Part shown: piece by piece, positions 1-9,240 of the stretch | How the letters are laid out: the number at the start of each line of letters is the position of its first letter | How positions within the stretch are numbered: position 1 is the first letter of the stretch | Source: Candidatus Cloacimonetes bacterium HGW-Cloacimonetes-2 | GTDB lineage: Bacteria > Cloacimonadota > Cloacimonadia > Cloacimonadales > Cloacimonadaceae | Reading direction: 5' to 3' | DNA length: 64,000 nt | Assembly: GCA_002842035.1 (NCBI GenBank) | Contig: PHBP01000001.1 | Location: 39,674 to 103,673, forward strand | The notes under the pieces: model-generated | What the model was told of the DNA's origin: nothing | Database searches by the model: none | What the model saw: the letters and a program-made list of their open reading frames with translations, nothing else | Translations under genes and position numbers: made by a program

Positions 1-1
1 C

Positions 2-3000
2 CGCGATAGCATCCTGGATTGCCTCTGGACGATTGGCAAGATCGTTGCAGATTCTGCCGATAAAGCTCTGATGGATGCCTGGTTTCAATCCCTGATCAGT
101 TTTGGTTTCGTCCACCCCTCCCCCATTCGCATCCGAGAAGACTGGCAGCTCGAGATCGACAAAAACCACGTAAAAAACATCCGTATCTGGCTCGACCTGA
201 TCAGCCTCGATCCACGCCATTCGATGCGGCTGATGGCAGCACTGATAGTCAATCTGAGGGTCGGTGGGGTCTTCATCGCTGATACAGACCTCTTTCAGAA
301 GGATGTTTCCGCCTTCTTAAATTCCCGCGCTGTACAACACTGGAAGCAAGTGCAGCAATTGCTACGCCTCTTCCCTGTCTTTTTCAGCGAGATAGGCGCC
401 GAGGGCGAAATCCGCGATGTTACTACAGCTATGGATGAGCTTACTCACCGTCGGGACCGCCTGATCCACTTCCTGCGCAAGCAGGTCCACACCGAGAGTA
501 ACAATACTCACATCACCCTGGTGGAAAAGATCTTGCGCTATTGGAAAGATTCCGATCTTAATTCACTGTTAGCCATCCTGCCTGCGGATGTTTATTCTGA
601 ACTCGCTGATTCTGATCCAGATCAGGAGGGCTCTGCCAAATTCGAATCGATGCGTATGATCAACGCCCTACAGCGCTTTGAAAGAGACAGTGGATATACA
701 ATTGACCAGCTTATTGAAATGTCTTGGGACAAGATCGAGCCGATTTTCCGGGGTATAGATCTATCCGATGATATACCTCTGAAAAAGCTCTCGAGTATAC
801 TGCGCCTGCACGACCTCCTGAGAGAAAAGTACTACTTCCATTCCTCGGATATCTGCCGTCAGCTCGAAAAGTACACTTTCTTTGCACCAAAAGAGGTGCA
901 GCAGTTGCGCCGTTTGCTCAATCACAACGACTTTGAAAATAGCATCCGCTATCTGATGTCGATGATAGAGAAGCTCACGATTCTGGTGCGCAGCCCCAAA
1001 GAAAGCCAGGGCTGGGAAAACATCTATTACAAGCGCCATATCGCAGCCGGAATACCCTCGATGTACGGTCAATACAGGGAAAACAAGTTCGAGGCTTTGG
1101 GTCTGATCTTCCGGCTCGAAGCAGTCGTAAGCAGCCTGATGTCGCGCGATATCGCCAATATCAATCTGGGCTATATCACAGCCCGCAGCCTCAAGAGGAT
1201 CATCCGCACTCTGGAGCTTTTTAATCTGGGTCTCAAGCTGGATGGCATCTCCAATGAAGCCTTTGAGAGCGATCTGCAGATGCTGCGCTATTCAATCAGC
1301 AGCTCCAATTTTTCCATAGATCAGTATATCAACATCTTCAGCTTCCTGGAAGAGAATATCAAGGAGATCATCTCAGAGTATTTCTACCGCAGCTTTGATC
1401 GAGAATTGCACATCATTATCCCCCAGCTCGATCCCAATGCCGGCGAGGGCGCCGCCTACCAAAAGAAAGCCGAGGAATTCTATCGCAATATGCTCTCTTC
1501 CGCTTTCCTGATCCAGGATCTGGACAATTTTATCTCCCGCATCCTGGTCTCGCTGAGAAATATGAAACAGCTTTTCAAGCCGGAACTCTTGATCAAGGTG
1601 ATGAATTACGATCCCGACCAAGTGAGCACCCTTTTACACAAAAAGGACAGCCGTCTGGACAATCAAGTCTTCCTGGGCGCAAAAGCCTATTTCCTGAAGA
1701 AACTCTCCCAGTTACAATTCCCCATTCCCGGAGGATTCGTGCTTACCACAGAGCTTTTCAGGCATAGGACAGCGCTGAATTCGCATCCGGAGATGAGCGA
1801 AGAGATGGATCGGATAATCCGGCAAAGGCTGAGCGCGCTGGAAAATTACACAGGACGCTACTTTGGCGATCCGCGCAAACCGCTCTTGCTCTCTGTTCGA
1901 TCCGGAGGGGCAATATCGATGCCGGGGGCTATGAATACCTTCCTCAATATCGGGCTCAACGACGAGATCACCGAAGCTCTCAGCAGAGAACACAATTTCG
2001 GCTGGACAGCCTGGGATTGTTACCGCAGGCTATTACAGAGCTGGGGTATGAGCCATGGGATCGAGCGTGACGAATTTGACCAGATAATGATCGACTACAA
2101 GGAGCGTCACCGGGTAAACCTCAAAACTTCCTTCTCCGATGAGCAGATGCGCCAAATGACCTTTGACTACAAGGGAGTGCTGGCACGTCACGGGGTAGAG
2201 CTCGTGCAAGATCCTTTCCTCCAGCTCAAAAGCGCAATCGTCTCCGTGCTCGATTCCTGGGATACCCACCGCGCCATCCTTTACCGCAAAACTATGCAGA
2301 TAGCCGATGAATGGGGCACTGCGGTAGTCTGCCAGGAGATGGTCTTTGGCAATATCAGCCTCAGAAGCGGCTCCGGAGTAGTCTTTACCCACGATCCTGC
2401 CACCAAAACTCCCGGGATCAATCTCACCGGCGATTTCACAATTTGCAGCCAGGGAGAGGACGTCGTAGCGGGCTTGGTCTATACTCTCCCGATCTCCGAG
2501 AACCAAAGATTGGCAGCCGCTGAGCCTCTGGATAGCTCACTGGAAAAGGACTTCCCAAACATCTTTGCCCGTTTGCGCCGCTATGCCCGCAGGCTGGTAG
2601 AGGATCTTGGCTATGCACATCAGGAGATCGAATTCACTTTCCAGGGCGATAGCGAGGATGATCTGTATATCCTGCAGATCAGGGATCAGAATATCAATAA
2701 GGAAAGGATGCTCAAGGTCTTCAATTTTGAGCATCAAGCTCCCCGGCAAATCGGGCACGGCATAGGGATCGGCAGCGGCGTCCTAAATGGTAGAATTGTC
2801 TTTGATGAAGAAGATATCAGGGCAATGAAAGCCGATTATCCGGCTCAAAGCCTGATCCTCGTACGCCCCGACACCGTTCCGGACGATATCGATCTGATAG
2901 TCGAATGCTGCGGATTGCTCACTTCCAGGGGCGGAGCTAGCTCACATGCAGCGGTGACAGCCACCCGGCTCAATAAGATCGGGGTGGTCAATTGCCGCAA

Positions 3001-3139
3001 CCTGCTGGTCTTTGATAAGGAAAAGTATTGCCGGATAGGCTCCACCCGGCTAAATCTGGGAGATGAGATTGCCATCGACGGACATAATGGCTCCATCTAC
3101 CTGGGAACTTACGAGATAGAGGAGATATTTGTAAGCTAG
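2..3139 (+). CDS. PPDK-like dikinase-family protein (ATP-grasp nucleotide-binding domain + phosphohistidine swivel domain), 5'-partial, with no PEP/pyruvate TIM-barrel domain
   Basis: The frame stays open from base 2 to the listed ATG at 71, so the true N-terminus is probably upstream of the window. The C-terminal ~480 aa read like pyruvate phosphate dikinase: LGAKAYFLKK...PIPGGFVLTTE, LLLSVRSGGAISMPGAMNTFLNIGLND, QGEDVVAG, EIEFTF..LYILQIRD, and the swivel motif TSRGGASSHAAV (His codon 2945-2947). The ORF stops about 60 aa later. I recognise nothing in the first >560 aa. Confidence 0.8.
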   Translation, partial: RDSILDCLWTIGKIVADSADKALMDAWFQSLISFGFVHPSPIRIREDWQLEIDKNHVKNIRIWLDLISLDPRHSMRLMAALIVNLRVGGVFIADTDLFQKDVSAFLNSRAVQHWKQVQQLLRLFPVFFSEIGAEGEIRDVTTAMDELTHRRDRLIHFLRKQVHTESNNTHITLVEKILRYWKDSDLNSLLAILPADVYSELADSDPDQEGSAKFESMRMINALQRFERDSGYTIDQLIEMSWDKIEPIFRGIDLSDDIPLKKLSSILRLHDLLREKYYFHSSDICRQLEKYTFFAPKEVQQLRRLLNHNDFENSIRYLMSMIEKLTILVRSPKESQGWENIYYKRHIAAGIPSMYGQYRENKFEALGLIFRLEAVVSSLMSRDIANINLGYITARSLKRIIRTLELFNLGLKLDGISNEAFESDLQMLRYSISSSNFSIDQYINIFSFLEENIKEIISEYFYRSFDRELHIIIPQLDPNAGEGAAYQKKAEEFYRNMLSSAFLIQDLDNFISRILVSLRNMKQLFKPELLIKVMNYDPDQVSTLLHKKDSRLDNQVFLGAKAYFLKKLSQLQFPIPGGFVLTTELFRHRTALNSHPEMSEEMDRIIRQRLSALENYTGRYFGDPRKPLLLSVRSGGAISMPGAMNTFLNIGLNDEITEALSREHNFGWTAWDCYRRLLQSWGMSHGIERDEFDQIMIDYKERHRVNLKTSFSDEQMRQMTFDYKGVLARHGVELVQDPFLQLKSAIVSVLDSWDTHRAILYRKTMQIADEWGTAVVCQEMVFGNISLRSGSGVVFTHDPATKTPGINLTGDFTICSQGEDVVAGLVYTLPISENQRLAAAEPLDSSLEKDFPNIFARLRRYARRLVEDLGYAHQEIEFTFQGDSEDDLYILQIRDQNINKERMLKVFNFEHQAPRQIGHGIGIGSGVLNGRIVFDEEDIRAMKADYPAQSLILVRPDTVPDDIDLIVECCGLLTSRGGASSHAAVTATRLNKIGVVNCRNLLVFDKEKYCRIGSTRLNLGDEIAIDGHNGSIYLGTYEIEEIFVS

Positions 3140-3180
3140 GATGTTTGCGCTACGTGCAGTGCCAGGGCTGCTTCCATACA

Positions 3181-3208
3181 GTTAGTAGTTAGGTAGTTAG
3201 AAGTTAGT
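3181..3208 (+). repeat. Short tandem heptamer repeat (GTTAGnn x4)
   Basis: Direct reading: gttagta gttaggta gttagaa gttagtg, inside a 507-bp non-coding gap. Confidence 0.6.
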
Positions 3209-3370
3209 GCTGCGCAAGGTGCTGAGATCGTTTCTACGCGTCCCCCGCCACCAAGCCCGGAGCGTATGCAAAGGGCGGTATGCGTATGCCATAGCACAGG
3301 GCGTGAGCCATTGATACACCAGCCCTATATCTCCTCCCTCCCAAATCCCCATTCCCAGATTCATCCCGGA

Positions 3371-3458
3371 GATCTACAGCATATCACCAGCAAATCAAGA
3401 GCAATTCACCTCGAACGTGGTTCGACTTGATTTGCTCTTGATCTCCACTTGATATGCT
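3371..3458 (+). repeat. Intergenic repeat family A, copy 1 (structured ~90 bp element)
   Basis: gatctacagcatatcaccagcaaatcaagagcaattcacctcgaac-gtg-gttcgacttgatttgctcttgatc... This is near-identical to the copies at 39038, 48611 and 56963. Hairpin 3390-3435: gcaaatcaag/cttgatttgc plus tcgaac/gttcga. Confidence 0.85.
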
Positions 3459-3646
3459 ATTGTCCAAGGAGCAGGCAGGACAATCACACAAACTGTATAC
3501 AAATAGAGCTCCACCAGCCTTTGGCAAATTTGCTGCTTGACTTTTTTTCTGCTTACTTTTAAGTCGGATTATCCGGCCTTTAGCTCCCAATCTATGATTG
3601 CCGGCTGAACTTGATATTAACAAAAAATAGATACAGGAGACCTGAA

Positions 3647-4900
3647 ATGGACACTGTCATGCTGAACAAAAACCTGCTGGGCATTAACGGCCTGGGCAGG
3701 ATAGGGAAGCTCAATCTGTGGTATCAGTTGATGCTAGGACACTTCGAAGCTTACGTAGTGAATTGCGGTCGTGAAGTCGGAAAGACCCTCGACGACCTGA
3801 TTCAGGTGATCGAAACCGATAGCACCTATGGCTCTCTTCACAAGTTCCTCTACGGAATGACCGGCAGAAAAGCCGAGATCAAGGTGATCGATGCCAATGT
3901 CCCGATCATATCGGTGGATGGCGTACCAATTAAGATATTGCGTAAAGCACGTAATCCCAAGGACATCAACTGGGCATCGGAAGGTGTGCGGATAGTGGTC
4001 GATTGCACCGGGACTTTCCTCGATCCGGGCGCGGAAGTGGACAATCCCAAGGGCAGTGTGCGCGGCCATATCGAAGCTGGTGCGCAAAAGGTGATCGTCT
4101 CAGCACCTTTCAAATTCAAAGATCCTGCTCGCAAGAGTGCGGATGACGCTACAACCTTGATCTACGGGATCAATCATACCAAGTTTGACCCCTTGAAAGA
4201 TCAGATCATCTCCGCCGCATCCTGCACCACAACCGGCTTGGCACATATGATGAAGCCACTCTTTGAACATCATGCCACCAGACAAATCGTTACGGCTTCG
4301 ATGTCCACAATCCACGCCACCACCAATACCCAAAGCATTTTGGATAGTGTTCCATCTGCCGGAGCAAGTGATCTGCGCAAGAACCGCAGCGTCCTGAATA
4401 ATATCATCCTCTCCACGACAGGCGCAGCCAAGACTTTGGAGCAGGTGATGCCACAAATCTCACAGATCGGTTTTATGGCAGATTCGGTGCGAGTGCCCAC
4501 CAGCACAGTTTCGCTGATCATCCTCAATATTACTTTCCACTCCCAACTCGATAAAGCCGGAGAACCCACAGTAAGCCGGGCTTTCCTGAATAGCATCTAC
4601 AAAGAAGCTTCCCTGGGAAGCCAGAAAGACCTGCTGATCTATAGCGAGCGTCAAAATGTGTCTGCAGATCTGATCGGATCCTTGGCGGCTATTACAATGG
4701 AAGCTCACGAGACTCATACCAGAACCGGCTTTCTAAGCCTGCCAAAAGAGATATTGCAGAGCTCCGGACTCAATCCCTTGGAAGATATCAGCCTGCCTGT
4801 GACGCATGCGAAGATCTTTGGCTGGTATGATAATGAACTGGGGTCTTATGTGAATTGTCTGGGCAAGCTGACCCAGTATGTGGATCAAAATCTAAGATAA
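3647..4900 (+). CDS. Glyceraldehyde-3-phosphate dehydrogenase family protein (long ~417 aa form)
   Basis: INGLGRIGK Rossmann motif, catalytic-Cys block SAASCTTTGLAH, and STIHATTNTQ. I chose the ATG at 3647 because it follows acaggaga. The listed ORF begins at an upstream TTG (3611). Confidence 0.8.
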   Translation: MDTVMLNKNLLGINGLGRIGKLNLWYQLMLGHFEAYVVNCGREVGKTLDDLIQVIETDSTYGSLHKFLYGMTGRKAEIKVIDANVPIISVDGVPIKILRKARNPKDINWASEGVRIVVDCTGTFLDPGAEVDNPKGSVRGHIEAGAQKVIVSAPFKFKDPARKSADDATTLIYGINHTKFDPLKDQIISAASCTTTGLAHMMKPLFEHHATRQIVTASMSTIHATTNTQSILDSVPSAGASDLRKNRSVLNNIILSTTGAAKTLEQVMPQISQIGFMADSVRVPTSTVSLIILNITFHSQLDKAGEPTVSRAFLNSIYKEASLGSQKDLLIYSERQNVSADLIGSLAAITMEAHETHTRTGFLSLPKEILQSSGLNPLEDISLPVTHAKIFGWYDNELGSYVNCLGKLTQYVDQNLR

Positions 4901-4913
4901 ACTATATATGAGA

Positions 4914-4941
4914 AGCGCCACTTATCAGGTGGCGCTTTTTA
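4914..4941. terminator. Bidirectional rho-independent terminator between convergent genes
   Basis: agcgccac-ttatcag-gtggcgct followed by ttttt, with an A-rich flank on the other side. It sits between the gap-like stop (4900) and the M20 stop (4942). Confidence 0.75.
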
Positions 4942-6045
4942 TTATTGTGTGGCAAGGGCTTCAAATACCTTGATGCCCTGCTCAATACAGGCTGGATCGG
5001 GTAAAAACTTGTCAGAATGCAGGGGATAGTCCGAACCGCTGCCCAGCCAGAAGAGCAAGCCGGGATAAAGCGAGGTAAAGAATCCAAAGTCTTCACCGGT
5101 CATTGCAGGATCAGCCTGCACATAAGCTATTCCGAGCTTCTTGCAGATGCCGGGTAGCTTTTCGGCAAGCTCCGGATTGTTTACCACCGGGTCGTAACTG
5201 CAGAGCAGATCGACCTCTGCTGTGGCTCCGTTTTGAGCTGCAGCAAGAGAAGCGTTATCTCGGATAAATCCATTCATAGCAGCGTGGGCATCCCGTTCCA
5301 GGCTGCGGTGAGTTCCCTCGATCTTGCAAAGATCAGGCACTACATTACGGATCGTTCCGGCTTCCAACTTTCCGATATGAAAGATTACCCTGTGCTCAGC
5401 CTTGAGATCGTCCATATCGCTATTCATCAAAGAGATAAAGGCAAATCCTGCATCCAGGGCATTGATACCTTGCTCCGGATAAGCAGCGTGAGCCGCCTTG
5501 CCGCGGAAGATCACATCAAACTCCTGAGGAATGCCAAAGAAGATCCCTGCGCGGCTGGAGACAGTACCGACCGGCATACCGCTGGCCACGTGGAGAGCAT
5601 AGACGCTGGCTACATCATAGCTCTGGATCAAGCCCTCTGCCAGGATGGACTGTGCCCCACCTTTGCCTTCTTCAGCAGGCTGAAACAGAAATAGCAGGTT
5701 CACCTGTGGCTTTTGCAAGCATATCCGCTCTATCAAACCCAGCAGGATAGTCATATGAATATCGTGTCCACAGGCGTGCATCATCCCGGGATTGCCAGAT
5801 TGATACTCGCAAGCAGTAGTCTCCATAATTGGCAAGGCATCCATATCGGCGCGGAAGAGCTTGTAAGAACCGCTACTATGGCTGTACTCCACCAGGATGC
5901 CGTGGCTGTTTTGAAAGCGTTGGATAGTGATACCCTCTAGCTCTGCGAGTTTAGCCAGGATATAGGCAGAAGTATTTGCTTCTTCAAAGGCAAGCTCCGG
6001 GATACGGTGCAAATCTTGACGAATCTGAGCCAGATTCCAGGGCAT
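4942..6045 (-). CDS. M20D-family amidohydrolase (N-acyl-amino acid / N-acetyl-diaminopimelate deacetylase-like)
   Basis: MHACGHDIHMTILLG and FQPAEEG metal-ligand motifs. Its start overlaps the asd stop by 1 nt (ATGA). Confidence 0.8.
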   Translation of the reverse strand: MPWNLAQIRQDLHRIPELAFEEANTSAYILAKLAELEGITIQRFQNSHGILVEYSHSSGSYKLFRADMDALPIMETTACEYQSGNPGMMHACGHDIHMTILLGLIERICLQKPQVNLLFLFQPAEEGKGGAQSILAEGLIQSYDVASVYALHVASGMPVGTVSSRAGIFFGIPQEFDVIFRGKAAHAAYPEQGINALDAGFAFISLMNSDMDDLKAEHRVIFHIGKLEAGTIRNVVPDLCKIEGTHRSLERDAHAAMNGFIRDNASLAAAQNGATAEVDLLCSYDPVVNNPELAEKLPGICKKLGIAYVQADPAMTGEDFGFFTSLYPGLLFWLGSGSDYPLHSDKFLPDPACIEQGIKVFEALATQ

Positions 6046-7025
6046 CAGAGCCTACCTGCCTGCTTGGCGTGCTGCTTGAGGATTCTTACAGCATTGGTGG
6101 CAGCTCCTAAGCGGACGTTGTTTGCCACATTCCAAAAGCATAGCGAGTGATCATCTGTGCCGGGACGCAAGCGCGAGACAAAGCTGTCGTTTGACGATCC
6201 CAAGCCCAGGGGAGTCATATAGGAGAAAGGATTATAGATGATGGATTCTGCACTGCGTAGCGCTTCCTCCGCCCTTGTAAGATCAACCTTGTCTCTGAAT
6301 TCTGCATAGACGGAGACCGAGTGCCCGTAAATCACGGGTACTCTTACACAGGTGGCAGATACCTCAAGCTCCGGTAAACGCAGTATCTTGCGGGATTCGT
6401 GGTGCATCTTTTCTTCTTCCTGAGAGTAACCATCATCCAGAAAAGCCCCAATCTGAGGGATAACATTGAGATCTATGACCTCGGGATAGATACCTTTATC
6501 GGTCTCTCCCCTACGCTGTTGCATCAAGGCTTGTATCCCGTTGTTACCGCTCCCTGAAACCGATTGGTAAGTTGAGACAATCAGCTTCTTCAGGCCAAAA
6601 AGCTTGTCAAGTACAGCCAGGGGGATGATAATCTGGATGGTGGAGCAATTTGGATTCGCCACTATTCCGGAATAGCCTCCCAACAGGTCTCCATTGACTT
6701 CCGGCACTACCAAAGGCAGGCTCTCTTCCTTGCGGAAAGCTGAGGAATTATCGATTACGACATCACAAGCTTCCGCTGCAATCGGTGCAAAGCTCTTTGC
6801 CACGCCCGCTCCAGCCGAGAAGAGCACGTAGTCCCTATGCGCCAGCAAGGCTGAGTTCTTTAGCTCTTGCACCTTGTAAGGACGGTCGTTGTAAAAGAGT
6901 TCTTTCCCGGCAGATCGCTGGGACGCAAAGAGATCAAGCTCCGTTACCGGAATCTCAAATTCCTCCAGGCATTTTATCATCATCCTGCCCACTTCACCAG
7001 TGGCACCGACAATTGCTATCTTCAT
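6045..7025 (-). CDS. asd: Aspartate-semialdehyde dehydrogenase
   Basis: MKIAIVGATGEVG N-terminus, active-site block NPNCSTIQ, and a length of ~326 aa. Confidence 0.9.
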   Translation of the reverse strand: MKIAIVGATGEVGRMMIKCLEEFEIPVTELDLFASQRSAGKELFYNDRPYKVQELKNSALLAHRDYVLFSAGAGVAKSFAPIAAEACDVVIDNSSAFRKEESLPLVVPEVNGDLLGGYSGIVANPNCSTIQIIIPLAVLDKLFGLKKLIVSTYQSVSGSGNNGIQALMQQRRGETDKGIYPEVIDLNVIPQIGAFLDDGYSQEEEKMHHESRKILRLPELEVSATCVRVPVIYGHSVSVYAEFRDKVDLTRAEEALRSAESIIYNPFSYMTPLGLGSSNDSFVSRLRPGTDDHSLCFWNVANNVRLGAATNAVRILKQHAKQAGRL

Positions 7026-7181
7026 TGTATATATCCTTTAAGCTGTTTTGAGTGAGCATAGCTCACAGAGAGGCATTGTTTAACAGACTGATTAATTGTC
7101 AAGCATCTTGAAACCACTCCCAAGACCTGAGAAAAGCCAAGCTTGACAGAAATAGCGCTTTATCAATCGTGGAAACGGTGT

Positions 7182-7257
7182 GCCCCAGTAGCTCAGGGGA
7201 TAGAGCGCCGGTTTCCTAAACCGTTGGTCGGATGTTCGATTCATCTCTGGGGCACCA
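7182..7257 (+). tRNA. tRNA-Arg (anticodon CCT), CCA encoded
   Basis: Hand-folded cloverleaf. Acceptor gccccag/ctggggc; U8; D arm gctc-aggggat-agagc; anticodon loop ttCCTaa; T arm ggatg-ttcgatt-catct; discriminator A followed by cca. Total 76 nt. Confidence 0.85.
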
Positions 7258-7279
7258 TTATTACATAAAGTAGAGAAGT

Positions 7280-9157
7280 ATGAATTCTATTCAGACCGGC
7301 AGTGTAGTAGCTTTTTACAATCACGGAGAACTGATCTTGGGCATCATCACAGCAATCTCCGAGACTTATGCCGATCTTATAGACAGGGATAAGAATACTT
7401 ATCACTTACCTATCAACCGCTTCCAACTAATCAGCCCAGCCTTATCGTCTGATGATCTGTATCCTGCCTTGCTGGGTTTCATAAAAGAGATATCTGATTA
7501 CCAGCCCGATCCTGATAGTATCCGAGCAGCTCTCGATAGTGATTATTGGACTAGCTTCAGCGAACTAAATGAAAGACTTGCTCCCGGTAATGGTTCGCAA
7601 GCCTTTGCGCTTTACATCTACCTTAGAGAGAATCCCTCGCTATTCCTCTGGAAAAAAGACCAGCTTCGCCTGCGCAGTCCTATGGAACAAGTAGAGTATA
7701 TCAGGATGGAAGCCAAAGAGGACGCAGAGCGCAGCTTTATACAGCGCATCAGCCCCGCTCTGGAGGCTATTCTACTGAACAAAGCCTATGCTACCATCCC
7801 TGAAGCAGATCAGATTACTGCTCAACTGCGCACCTATCTGATCTCCGGCACTATGAACGACTTGATCCGCCACATCAATAATATAGACTCAGGTGATGAC
7901 ACGGAGCACAAAATCCACAAGCTGCGAATCGCCCTTGGTGACATTTCCGGGGATACTGATCCTGTGCTGGAACGCTCCGGACTGCCTGTATTATTCCCCA
8001 CCAGCCTCTCCAGAGACCTGATCAAGCCCCTCCCCACTACTGAAAGCTACACTGCCTTTAGCATAGACGAAGGCGATGGTAATGATTTTGACGATGCGAT
8101 CAGCTTCAATAAGACCGATACCGGCTACAGCCTGGGCATCCACATCTCGGCAGTGGCAGCCAGGATAGCACAGGATTCGGAGCTTTTTGCCCATACCCAG
8201 GAGCGTATCTCCTCGATCTATCTCGCTCCGGGCACCACTCCCCTGCTCCCCGAAGAGCTCTCAGGAGGAGAACTAAGCTTGATCAAGGATAGCAAGCGTT
8301 TATGCCTCTCCCTGATCCTTGATCTGGATAATAAGCTCAGTATCCTGAACAGCCGTTTCGCCTTGACAGAAGTCTTTATTGAAAACAATTACAGCTACAG
8401 GGATGTTGACAGGCTGATCCACCAAGAACCTTACCAGACTCTACAGCGATTGGCTCGCCTTACTGCCAATGCCAGAGGCAAGCAAGATGATGCTTCATAC
8501 AATCCAATCGTTCACTATATCAAGAAAAGCGGAGACCAACTTCGCTTTAGGCGCATTGATTTCAGCAGCCCGGCACGGCAGTTAATTGAAGAGCTGATGG
8601 TGCTCTACAACAGCCATTTTGCCCGCTATGCGATGAATAATGGACTCGCTCTGATTTTTCGCAATGTAAGCCCCATCCCGGAAGGCGATGCTCCACAGAA
8701 TAGCCAGGCATTCCTCTCTACCACCGCGGACTATCATCCAGGCACTGGCTCTCAGGCTTATGTCCACGCTTCATCACCGATCAGGCGCTTTACAGACCTG
8801 GTCAATCAATATCAGATGCTAAGCTCTATTCTGGGCTATCAAGCCCCCTTTAGCGCGAAAGACTTGGATGACTTGATCCCGATGATCGAGACAAGACTTA
8901 TAATGCTGAGATCTGTGATCCAAGCAAGCGACCGCTATTGGCTACTGCAACTACTGAAGCAAAGCTACCTCGAGACTCCTCTTTCCGCTTTTATCATCAA
9001 GCCAGTCAGAGGTGGATTTGTAGTGGAACTGATAGATTGGCAAAAAAGGCTCTTGCTGCATACAGATTCGGATAACCGAGTCGGCAGTGAAATCCAGATC
9101 GTGCTGCACAGCGTGATGCCGGACAAAGGCTACGCTGCCGGCGACATCATCTCCTAA
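7280..9157 (+). CDS. RNB-domain exoribonuclease (RNase II/R family)
   Basis: RNB motifs DFDDAISF and HASSPIRRFTDLVNQ. Confidence 0.8.
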   Translation: MNSIQTGSVVAFYNHGELILGIITAISETYADLIDRDKNTYHLPINRFQLISPALSSDDLYPALLGFIKEISDYQPDPDSIRAALDSDYWTSFSELNERLAPGNGSQAFALYIYLRENPSLFLWKKDQLRLRSPMEQVEYIRMEAKEDAERSFIQRISPALEAILLNKAYATIPEADQITAQLRTYLISGTMNDLIRHINNIDSGDDTEHKIHKLRIALGDISGDTDPVLERSGLPVLFPTSLSRDLIKPLPTTESYTAFSIDEGDGNDFDDAISFNKTDTGYSLGIHISAVAARIAQDSELFAHTQERISSIYLAPGTTPLLPEELSGGELSLIKDSKRLCLSLILDLDNKLSILNSRFALTEVFIENNYSYRDVDRLIHQEPYQTLQRLARLTANARGKQDDASYNPIVHYIKKSGDQLRFRRIDFSSPARQLIEELMVLYNSHFARYAMNNGLALIFRNVSPIPEGDAPQNSQAFLSTTADYHPGTGSQAYVHASSPIRRFTDLVNQYQMLSSILGYQAPFSAKDLDDLIPMIETRLIMLRSVIQASDRYWLLQLLKQSYLETPLSAFIIKPVRGGFVVELIDWQKRLLLHTDSDNRVGSEIQIVLHSVMPDKGYAAGDIIS

Positions 9158-9196
9158 AAATCCGTATTCTATTTGCCAATCTGCCGGTAAATAAAA

Positions 9197-9218
9197 AGCG
9201 CTACCCTCAGGCAGCGCT
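9197..9218. terminator. Hairpin terminator between convergent genes
   Basis: agcgctacc-ctca-ggcagcgct (one mismatch), flanked by aaaa on the 5' side and attgtttt on the 3' side. Confidence 0.55.
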
Positions 9219-9240
9219 ATTGTTTTACCAGATATAGAGC

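Noticed and set aside
3390-3435. Family A hairpin as an integron attC site or a classical REP with a GTAG head
   Set aside because: The arm sequences do not fit the RYYYAAC/GTTRRRY cores, and there is no integrase. The CTAC at the 5' end is on the wrong side and strand for a canonical REP head. No RAYT gene is visible in the window.
3384-3623. 79-aa minus-strand ORF
   Set aside because: It runs through repeat family A copy 1. The other A copies do not preserve the frame.
7143-7148. TTGACA upstream of tRNA-Arg as a promoter
   Set aside because: No acceptable -10 hexamer lies at 16-18 nt spacing. The best candidate, tatcaa, is only 12 nt away. I left it uncalled.
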